From Oligoflexales bacterium (GTDB lineage Bacteria; Bdellovibrionota_B; Oligoflexia; Oligoflexales; RGVZ01): a stretch of DNA of 64,000 nt. Numbering within the stretch: the first letter of the stretch is position 1; each line of letters starts with the position of its first letter. A program made the translations under genes and the position numbers. Location: assembly GCA_044360315.1 (NCBI GenBank), contig JBIKKO010000002.1:355-64354 (forward strand), given 5' to 3'. A model generated the notes under the pieces. It was given only the letters and a program-made list of their open reading frames with translations. It was not told the DNA's origin and searched no databases. Below, piece by piece: positions 10,029-16,642 of this stretch.

Positions 10029-10373
10029 AGATTCCGACTGTCCTCCTTTGCTATGGCTACCACTTACCCAAAATTACGCGAAACGCAATCTAATCATAGC
10101 GATATCTGTTTAACACGTTGTTCCCTGGCTGCGCAACAGACGTAGGGCATCTTTTACAAAAAACGTGTAGATTCGCAACAGAGCCCCAACGCCCTTTGGC
10201 TTGGGGTTGACGGGGCAAGTGCCAATCACTAAGACATTTGTACCAACTCCGGCGCCGGAGTTAGGGAGAATATGGTCTTATGTTGGCGATCAAGATAATG
10301 CGACATAAGTGGCAATACCCTGCAAAAAAGATTCGACCACTTAGCAATTCTTTCACGCAATCCCATTTGCTCC

Positions 10374-10402
10374 CAAAAAACTCCTTAGCCTGCCAAGGCT
10401 AA
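10374..10402 (-). terminator. Rho-independent terminator downstream of brnA
   Basis: On the minus strand, TTAGCCT-TGGC-AGGCTAA hairpin (10402-10385), then GGAG and T6 (10379-10374). It sits 23 nt after the brnA stop. Confidence 0.6.
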
Positions 10403-10424
10403 TGGATAATCGCTTTTGGTTTTT

Positions 10425-10646
10425 TTAGCTCCCAGTCTTTTGCCAGTTAATCGAGGGCTTTTTTTCGTTTGTGGCGCAGTCACGAAGGTACAGGTTTATA
10501 AGATTTTGATAGGAAATGCCTGTTTCCTCGGCCAAAGCCTTAAAATAGGCGATCGTACCCTTATCAAGATTGATTGTGACTTGGCGCTTAGTCTTGCTGT
10601 TGTAGGCACCGCGCTTACCTTTTGAAAAATCATATTCTTTTCTCAC
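10425..10646 (-). CDS. brnA: BrnA-type antitoxin (CopG/RHH-like, DUF4415 family)
   Basis: GTG start at 10646, preceded by GAGGGGG 6 nt upstream and 1 nt after the brnT stop. Sequence RKEYDFSKGKRGAY..VTINLDKGTIAYFKALAEETGISYQNLINLYLRD matches the BrnA pattern. Confidence 0.8.
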   Translation of the reverse strand: MRKEYDFSKGKRGAYNSKTKRQVTINLDKGTIAYFKALAEETGISYQNLINLYLRDCATNEKKPSINWQKTGS

Positions 10647-10647
10647 G

Positions 10648-10923
10648 TCAAACCCCCTCGTATTGCTTGCGTTCCATTTTGGTTGCCTTGCGAGCCGAGA
10701 TGATGCGGATTGTGTCTCCAGTAATATCGACATGCACCACAACCAGAAGCTGCGCTTTAATGCTCGCACCAATCAAGATCAGCCGATCCTCATCGGCGGC
10801 ACTATCCGGATCATCAATCAAAATATGCATCGGGTCATAAAAGCAGGAGCTAGCTTCTGCAAACGTCACCCCATGCTTCTTCTGATTGGGCTTTGCTTTG
10901 ACGGGATCCTACTCAAATTTCAG
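10648..10923 (-). pseudogene. brnT: BrnT-type toxin (DUF497) with premature stop at the conserved Trp codon
   Basis: Minus-strand reading gives (L)KFE*DPVKAKPNQKKHGVTFAEASSCFYDP...LLVVVHVDITGDTIRIISARKATKMERKQYE. The family begins M.FEWD..K...N..KHG..F.EA. TAG at 10911-10909 replaces TGG, and the would-be start is CTG (10923-10921) after GGAGGG. Confidence 0.75.
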
Positions 10924-11012
10924 CGTTCACCCTCCTGCAAAGCAAAAACCAGAATCGCCTACATAATTATTTTATAATGCAATTCTTTGTTGATCTTCGT
11001 TGGTGACGCAAT

Positions 11013-11032
11013 TTATCCGTGATTATCCGTGC
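11013..11032. repeat. Tandem 10-nt direct repeat TTATCCGTG(A/C) x2
   Basis: Read directly: ttatccgtga ttatccgtgc. Confidence 0.9.
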
Positions 11033-11540
11033 GCGTTTGAGTTCAGTCGGGAAACTAAGGGATCGGACAGGACGAAACATGGAGGTTAAGTCACTGACAT
11101 TCTTAGATAAAATCATGATTCAAACAACTTACGCACTTTGCTTTTCGTCTCCAGGTGGGGCCGCCATTGCAAGCAGTATTCGAACCATCCTGCAAACCTC
11201 TCATCCTCCGATGCCTCCCAGAAGGCGGCGGTACCTCTAGCAATAAGCCTTCTGAGCGTTTAAGGCACTTTAAGTCGATTGAAAAGTCTCCCTTCCCGCC
11301 GCTCACCATCTGGCGGCACTCACCACTCGCGGTCGCAGGGGCGCCCTGGCTCGAACCGCCGTAACTTGAAACTACTTCCGACCCCGTTATTTCAAATTCC
11401 GCATATTGGACTATTTTTTAGCCAAGAATCAGGAGATAATGGCCAATCTAGAATCTATCCGGCAAAATCTCGTTGCCGAGACGCTGTCAAGACTGGGAAT
11501 CGCTTGGACTTCTCCACCCAAGAGACGGCAATCAGTCATG

Positions 11541-11568
11541 TGTCCCAGAAAAACTGTCCCAGAAAAAC
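11541..11568. repeat. Perfect 14-nt tandem duplication TGTCCCAGAAAAAC x2
   Basis: Read directly. It ends 5 nt before a TTGACA hexamer (11574-11579) that could be the -35 of the glmS leader promoter (18-nt spacer, TAACCT). Confidence 0.9.
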
Positions 11569-11644
11569 TGCATTTGACACCCCATTAGGGCCTGCGTTAA
11601 CCTTGGGTCAAGGAATCATGGTGATTTCTTGTGCGTGAGAGATT

Positions 11645-11777
11645 AGCGCCAGACCTGTCGTGCGGGCAGGTGACGAGGGCAGGGTTCATCGAAGTTTTCG
11701 GCGGGTGACCCTGAAGGTTAGCTCAACCTTTAAACTGATCAACAAATCCGTTCAGCAATGAACGAGCCAAAATGATC
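11645..11777 (+). ncRNA. glmS ribozyme: glmS ribozyme (GlcN6P-activated self-cleaving riboswitch) in the glmS 5' leader
   Basis: The sequence reads A|GCGCCAGA, P1 hairpin ACCUG-UCGUGCGGG-CAGGU, UGACGAGG, GCAGGG...CCCUG, UUCAUCGAAGUUUUCGGCGGGUG, hairpin AAGGU-UAGCUCA-ACCUU, and GAUCA...GUUCA-GCAA-UGAAC...UGAUC. These align block-for-block with the Bacillus ribozyme core as I remember it. Located ~200 nt upstream of glmS. Confidence 0.85.
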
Positions 11778-11979
11778 TGTAGAGTGGAGTCGATTTATCG
11801 ACCCTGGTTTTTTCGTAAAATCCTCACTCAAAAATTTCCGCAAAAAATTGATTGGGCCATGACTCCCACAAGGCAGTCTCGCCCGGCTTTTTCATGTTTA
11901 ATGATTAAGGCCGTGGTGATGCTCGTCTAGGGATTTCTTGGTTCTGAGAAGCGCATGTCTATTGCGCAGGAGAGACTCT

Positions 11980-13788
11980 ATGTGTGGCATCGTAGGTTTT
12001 GTTGAATCTGAGCAAAGTGATTTGGGAATCAGACTTGTAGAGGGGTTATCTGCTCTCCAATACCGCGGGTACGACTCCGCTGGCATTGCTGTGGCATCCA
12101 AGGGACGCCTTAGGGTGGTCAAGTCCGTTGGCGATCTTGCAAAATTGAAAGAACGGCTGAGCCATCAGAAAATAGTTGGCAATGTTGGAATGGCACATAC
12201 GAGATGGGCGACACACGGCGCCCCTTCGGAACGCAATGCGCTGCCCATTGAAACCAGTGATGGTTCAATGTGCATAGTCTTCAATGGAATTGTCGAAAAT
12301 CATTTTGAGCTTAGACAGCAGCTCATAAATGAGTCCTACTCGTTTAGCTCTGAAAATGATGCGGAGACTCTTCTTCTGTGGATAGCAAAACATTATGCCG
12401 GAAATCTCGAGATGGCTGTACGAGAGGCCTTAGGAGCAATTAAAGGGCGCTATGCATTCGCGTTGATGCACCAAGACCACCCGCATCAGATCATTGTCGC
12501 CAGGCGCAATAGCCCGTTGGTTATCGGGAAAGGGCGTCATGGGTTTGCGATTGCGAGTGATGTTCTTGCAATTCAAAATAATGTCGATGCCGTGTACTAC
12601 CTGGGGAATGATTTGGTGGCGATCGTCCAAGCGGACTCATGTCGGATCAGCAACAATGCAGGGGCTAAAAGCGTCGCGGATTTCATCCCCATTCAAAAAG
12701 ATGACTTGATGGAAATTAAATCGGACTACGAAACATTTACCTTACAGGAGATATTCGCCCAACCGGACACTATTGCCAACAGCCTCCAGGCGGCGCTTGA
12801 AAGTCGTGAAGCAATCGAAAAATTGTCGACAGATATTCAGCACGTGACTTTGATTGGCTGTGGTACAGCATATCACGCGTGTGTGATTGGCAAGTCATTG
12901 ATAGAAGAATTCGCGGGTATCCGCACGGATGCAAACATCGCAAGTGAGTTTCATATTGGTTCACCAGTCATCGACGCTAAAACATTGGTGGTCCTCGTTT
13001 CACAATCCGGTGAGACAGCCGACTCATTGGTTTGCCTCGAGATGGCTAGAAACAAGGGTGCAACAATCGCTGTTCTCTGCAATGTGCCAACCAGCACCAT
13101 GGCTCGACTTGCGGACGTGTTTATTCCGATCGCCTGTGGCAAGGAGATTGGAGTGGCATCAACCAAGGCCTATACGGGTATGCTTTTACAGTTGGTTTTC
13201 CTCGCAATTGCAATTGGCATCAGAAATGGCGAATCAACAGGCGACGTTTGGGCGGAGCATGAGTCCGCTGCCAGAGAGCTTCCAATGCTAATCAGTAAGA
13301 CTCTCAAGACGCGTGATCAAGTGGAAAGACTTGCGCGTACCCTCCGTGAACGGAGAAATTTCGCTTTTATGGGTAGAGATGTTTTCTATCCAACTGCATG
13401 CGAAGGAGCTTTAAAACTTCGTGAACTTTCTTATCGGAATGCTGAGGGGTTTGGTGGTGGCGAACTCAAACACGGCACATTGGCACTTGTTGAGCCAGGT
13501 TACCCAGTCATCGCTGTCGCGCCGAGAGGCAGAAGCTTTGGAAAGATGATCGGCAATATACAGGAGATCCGCTCACGAGGGGCAAAGGTTATCGGGGTTA
13601 TTTCTGAAGATGACATTGAGGCCGAAAGTGTTTGCGATGAAGCTATCAGAGTGCCTGCAACCCTGGATGCCTTTATGCCATTATTGACGGTGATTCCACT
13701 CCAGTTATTTGCTTATGAGTTTGCAAAAACGCTTGGCAGAAACATCGATCGCCCGCGCAATCTTGCAAAGAGTGTAACTGTTGAGTAG
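11980..13788 (+). CDS. glmS: Glutamine--fructose-6-phosphate aminotransferase (isomerizing)
   Basis: Starts MCGIVG (catalytic Cys2) after AGGAGA SD. Also LQYRGYDSAGIA, HTRWATHG, two SIS domains (SQSGETADS), and C-terminal PRNLAKSVTVE. Confidence 0.95.
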   Translation: MCGIVGFVESEQSDLGIRLVEGLSALQYRGYDSAGIAVASKGRLRVVKSVGDLAKLKERLSHQKIVGNVGMAHTRWATHGAPSERNALPIETSDGSMCIVFNGIVENHFELRQQLINESYSFSSENDAETLLLWIAKHYAGNLEMAVREALGAIKGRYAFALMHQDHPHQIIVARRNSPLVIGKGRHGFAIASDVLAIQNNVDAVYYLGNDLVAIVQADSCRISNNAGAKSVADFIPIQKDDLMEIKSDYETFTLQEIFAQPDTIANSLQAALESREAIEKLSTDIQHVTLIGCGTAYHACVIGKSLIEEFAGIRTDANIASEFHIGSPVIDAKTLVVLVSQSGETADSLVCLEMARNKGATIAVLCNVPTSTMARLADVFIPIACGKEIGVASTKAYTGMLLQLVFLAIAIGIRNGESTGDVWAEHESAARELPMLISKTLKTRDQVERLARTLRERRNFAFMGRDVFYPTACEGALKLRELSYRNAEGFGGGELKHGTLALVEPGYPVIAVAPRGRSFGKMIGNIQEIRSRGAKVIGVISEDDIEAESVCDEAIRVPATLDAFMPLLTVIPLQLFAYEFAKTLGRNIDRPRNLAKSVTVE

Positions 13789-13795
13789 TCGACAG

Positions 13796-13826
13796 GCTTG
13801 GACGCCCTTATGAAGGGCGTCCAAGC
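13796..13826. terminator. Perfect 14-bp stem-loop between convergent glmS and LysR stump (terminator-like, no U-tract)
   Basis: GCTTGGACGCCCTT-atg-AAGGGCGTCCAAGC, 8 nt after the glmS stop. There is no T-run on either strand, so its function is uncertain. Confidence 0.4.
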
Positions 13827-13862
13827 TCGGCTCAGATCACCCATATGCTCGTTAAGCTTCGC

Positions 13863-14172
13863 TTAACTCACTTGGGCCGTAACACGCAGATCTTGTTGTT
13901 CATGCTCGATCTCAAGCTCCAGACTCTCAATATCTGCAAGAATCTCGCGCGCTCGATACAAATACGTTCTCCCGACTTCGGACAAATGTACTGCTCGCGT
14001 TGTGCGTAGAATGAGCTTTACTTTTAACCGCTGTTCCATCTGGGCTATTGTTTTACTAACTGCTGATGAAGTTATTCCCAAGGCCTCTGCTGCTTGAGAA
14101 AAAGACAACTTCTCTGCGACTACGGAGAAGGTTTTGATTTCGTTAAGCCGTTCTCGTTGAATTTCAATTCAT
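13863..14172 (-). pseudogene. LysR-family regulator remnant (HTH plus linker only; frameshifted start, effector domain missing)
   Basis: Translation gives ..EIQRERLNEIKTFSVVAEKLSFSQAAEALGITSSAVSKTIAQMEQRLKVKLILRTTRAVHLSEVG.. and stops after ~100 aa (DLRVTAQVS*). ATG-AAT-TGA at 14172-14164 becomes in-frame MNEIQRER.. if one T is removed. Confidence 0.75.
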
Positions 14173-14284
14173 TCCTTATATTCACCAATATTGTGAATTT
14201 CAATCTATTTATTGATCTAAGGGAATTAGATAGAGTTGCTGTGTGGCGGCCACTACTTATCAAACATCTAAACTAGGAGCATTT

Positions 14285-14906
14285 ATGAACATTTCTTATC
14301 TCAATATGAAACTTCTTGCTGCAAGTCTATTGACGGTTGCTATCACGGCACAAGCCGAAATGATCTATCACAAGGACCGTAAGAATACATTGCTCGCGTT
14401 TCAACAGTTCTTGGAAGGACCGCTCAACAGCCAAAATCGCTCAACTATCAAGGCAACCCGAGAGGGCATCATTGCTCAACCCAGCAACGTTGGTGGTTTC
14501 ACACTGTTCAAATTCCGGCAAGGAAAGGTCTCAACGTTATGGTGCAGGCCCATACGAAGCTGACTTCTTTGCTCGAGAACTGCAGATCATCGCAGGATTC
14601 GAACCCAATCTTCCTGCTGACAATCACGATCCGGGGGCGTTTTATGGCGTAAAACCAGTTATTCAAGGATTTGAAGTTGTAGGAACACAAGGTCTATCAC
14701 CCTATGACTTAGTGATAGGTGATACTTACGAACTCACTATGGAAGCTCGCGGACAGTATATCAAGACCTACCGCCGTTCCGTGGAACATCAGCAAGAGCG
14801 AGTTTTAGTTTCGAGTTTTAGTTTCGAGTTTTATCAATGTGGACAGGCAAACAGATCCCATTCGGGGCGGTTCACCGATAGCGCTTTTGCTTCAGGCTTT
14901 TCCTAG
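14285..14906 (+). pseudogene. Secreted hypothetical protein, apparently frameshifted (two overlapping frames)
   Basis: ATG 14285 follows AGGAG and gives MNISYLNMKLLAASLLTVAITAQAE (signal peptide). This frame stops at 14563. A second frame (14472-14906) is open across the junction. A 13-nt tandem duplication lies near the 3' end. Confidence 0.5.
14799..14833. repeat. 13-nt tandem repeat CGAGTTTTAGTTT x2.7
   Basis: Read directly. The unit length is not a multiple of 3, so copy-number change shifts the reading frame of the surrounding ORF. Confidence 0.9.
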
Positions 14907-15031
14907 TGATGTGAAAAGCCCTGTGTTCCACGAAATCTCTGTTGAGGAACTTTAGGAAACTAATGGATCTCACCATGAACGTCCGCGCCACTGTGTCCTA
15001 ATCATTTTTTGAAAATCAAGCCATAGAATGA

Positions 15032-15649
15032 CTAAGCAACTTTTTTTGGTATTCGAGAGATCTTAACCGTAACTTTGCCAACCTTAACAGTGATGCTGAC
15101 ACGAACGCCATTTTTAGTGACTAAAGTTTGTTGGTCTTGCTTTTCTTCAACATCATCAAACTGCACAGCCAAAAGCTCACCATTTGGCGACGTGAAATAC
15201 ACTCCGTTACCCTCTTTGGCTTCGTGTGCATCACCGAATGGTCCGGGGTACCAATTGACTGACAGCGGTGCGGCACCCTCAATAGGATTAAACAAAACCT
15301 TTGGCTTATGTATCATAGCTTCAGCCTCTTCAAATTTTTTGTGAGGGTTTCTAATCGAGGTACCGGTCGGATACATCGAAGTAAAAAAATTTCCAATAGA
15401 AGTGATCTTTACGACTGCATAAAGAAATCGCTTATTTTCCAATCTATAAAACAGCTGGTAAAGCTTTGGAGCTTTCAGATCATCAACCAAAATTTCAGTT
15501 GGATCTTTTAAGACCAACTCCAACAGCTCAAGCAAAATGACGTCAGGTAATAAGAAGTGCTCTTGTGCGTGACGCAGCTCAAGTTCGCCGACGATAATCT
15601 GATCGCCAGTTACAGCTGTAATAATTTTTGCGATTTTACGTTTCCCCAT
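15032..15649 (-). CDS. Two-domain hypothetical protein: N-terminal half resembling small barnase/RelE-fold toxin families (DUF4258/PBECR-like), C-terminal half resembling DUF2283 (YuzE-like antitoxin)
   Basis: Start preferred at ATG 15649 (MGKRKIAKI..). N-half: ELRHAQEHF..PDVILLELLELVLKDPTEIL....YQLFYRLENKRFLYAVVK....FFTSMYPT. C-half: PLSVNWYPG..DAHEAKEGNGVYFTSPNGELLAVQFDDV. The resemblance is judged by eye only. Confidence 0.4.
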   Translation of the reverse strand: MGKRKIAKIITAVTGDQIIVGELELRHAQEHFLLPDVILLELLELVLKDPTEILVDDLKAPKLYQLFYRLENKRFLYAVVKITSIGNFFTSMYPTGTSIRNPHKKFEEAEAMIHKPKVLFNPIEGAAPLSVNWYPGPFGDAHEAKEGNGVYFTSPNGELLAVQFDDVEEKQDQQTLVTKNGVRVSITVKVGKVTVKISRIPKKVA

Positions 15650-15768
15650 ATCGCGTCCACTTGAGCAGTTAGATTTGATCGAAACTTTTCCGATCAAATC
15701 TAACTTGCCAAAATTTCAAGACAATTCTATTCGATGTTACCCGAATTTTTGTCTTACTTCCCGGAAAA

Positions 15769-16120
15769 TGGAGCCGGCGGGAATCGAACCCGCGTCCATA
15801 CACGCGTCGGAAAAAGCACTACATGTTTAGTCTTATGATTTGTCCTCTTGCCTTACGCGCCCATAGACAGGCTCATCTGACCGCAGCCTGATTGTCGTCA
15901 TGCCTGACTCTCCAGACGGAAGAGCCTGACACCAAGCCACATCGATTGCGCCATCCCCCAAAGCCGTGGCCGCTTTGGGTTCGACGGCAGCTAAATTAAG
16001 CTGCGAGTGCGTATTCGTTGCCGAATAAGCGTTGGTACGCCTTTAATAACCGGGTGACGTCCCCACCCCGGACATGCGCTTTAACTCGACGACCGTGCAT
16101 GTCGAAACCATGACGGCCCC
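15769..16120 (-). ncRNA. ssrA: tmRNA (transfer-messenger RNA)
   Basis: Minus strand begins GGGGCCGUCAUGGUUUCGAC and ends GGACGCGGGUUCGAUUCCCGCCGGCUCCA. The acceptor stem has a G3:U pair, the T-arm is GCGGG-UUCGAUU-CCCGC, and CCA is not encoded. Tag ORF GGC AAC GAA TAC GCA CTC GCA GCT TAA encodes GNEYALAA* (16022-15996). Confidence 0.93.
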
Positions 16121-16331
16121 CCAAGGAAAAACAGCTGATAGTAGACTATAACGTCTCATTAAACAAGGGAAACGATCAAAATGCCGGGAGCAGGCGCAAG
16201 CAGGGCTGCCTGGTTCCAGCTCAAAAGGTAACAAGCTAGGAGGAATATCACAACAAATAGCCAGTCGTTCGATTTGAACGATATCGTGTAATTGGCTCAT
16301 TCCAGTTTTGAGCGGTCGTCAGATGCTGCAC

Positions 16332-16613
16332 TTATGGAGGATCGAATACACCATATATGGACTCCGATTTTTTATGTTGCAATGTGTGATTACTAGGTAC
16401 AATTCTGTAAGTTGATCGCTGCATCATATCATTAGCAGTTAGTGCTAGGTCTGACTTTGGCGAGCTCGAGGAAAGGTTTATGCCGTTGGGGATGAGTTGG
16501 CTCAGATCATTAGTGTTGGGTCCCCCGCCCAAGCCACCAAGCATGCTGCATGCCGATCCCAGAGCTCCAGACACACAGATCGCCAGGTGGAGTTTGGAAA
16601 ATTTGATGTTCAT
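16332..16613 (-). CDS. Small Gly-rich lipoprotein, paralog 1
   Basis: 93 aa. MNIKFSKLHLAICVSGALGSAC (lipobox), then LGGLGGG, with C-terminal ..SESIYGVFDPP. Resembles the adjacent ORF. Confidence 0.6.
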   Translation of the reverse strand: MNIKFSKLHLAICVSGALGSACSMLGGLGGGPNTNDLSQLIPNGINLSSSSPKSDLALTANDMMQRSTYRIVPSNHTLQHKKSESIYGVFDPP

Positions 16614-16642
16614 ATCCGGGAAATCTCCTTTACTAGCTACTG

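Noticed and set aside
10909-10911. In-frame TAG in brnT as evidence of stop-codon reassignment or programmed read-through
   Set aside because: All housekeeping genes in the window terminate and read normally under the standard code, and TAG is used as a genuine stop (for example waaA). A simple TGG->TAG mutation is the most economical explanation.
11013-11032. TTATCCGTG tandem pair as DnaA boxes / replication origin
   Set aside because: It matches the TTATCCACA consensus at only 6/9 positions. No AT-rich unwinding element is present, no dnaA/dnaN is nearby, and there are only two copies.
11019-11638. Five overlapping 60-119-aa ORFs on both strands
   Set aside because: They are mutually exclusive frames. 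Their composition (R/P/S-rich) is typical of non-coding read-through, and they show no motifs or convincing ribosome-binding sites. The region is treated as gene-free (see finding).
11789-11813. GTCGA-TTTA-TCGAC hairpin followed by T6, between the ribozyme and glmS (possible attenuator/terminator)
   Set aside because: The stem is only 5 bp and the T-run starts 5 nt after it. That is too weak to call a terminator without folding energies or transcript data.
13789-14300. Tn7-like insertion at the attTn7 position downstream of glmS
   Set aside because: There are no tnsABCDE-like ORFs and no recognisable Tn7 end repeats. Only the truncated LysR stump hints at a past event, so it is kept as a low-interest note only.
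14590-14612. GGATTCGAACCC, resembling the complement of a tRNA/tmRNA T-arm (possible att-site copy or tRNA)
   Set aside because: The flanking 5-mers (GCAGG / CCCAA) cannot form a T-stem. No acceptor or anticodon arms can be drawn. The match to the ssrA 3' end is only ~8-10 nt, so it is likely chance within an ORF.
16043-16300. 85-aa minus-strand ORF
   Set aside because: It overlaps the 5' third of the tmRNA gene and its promoter. The region is fully explained by ssrA.
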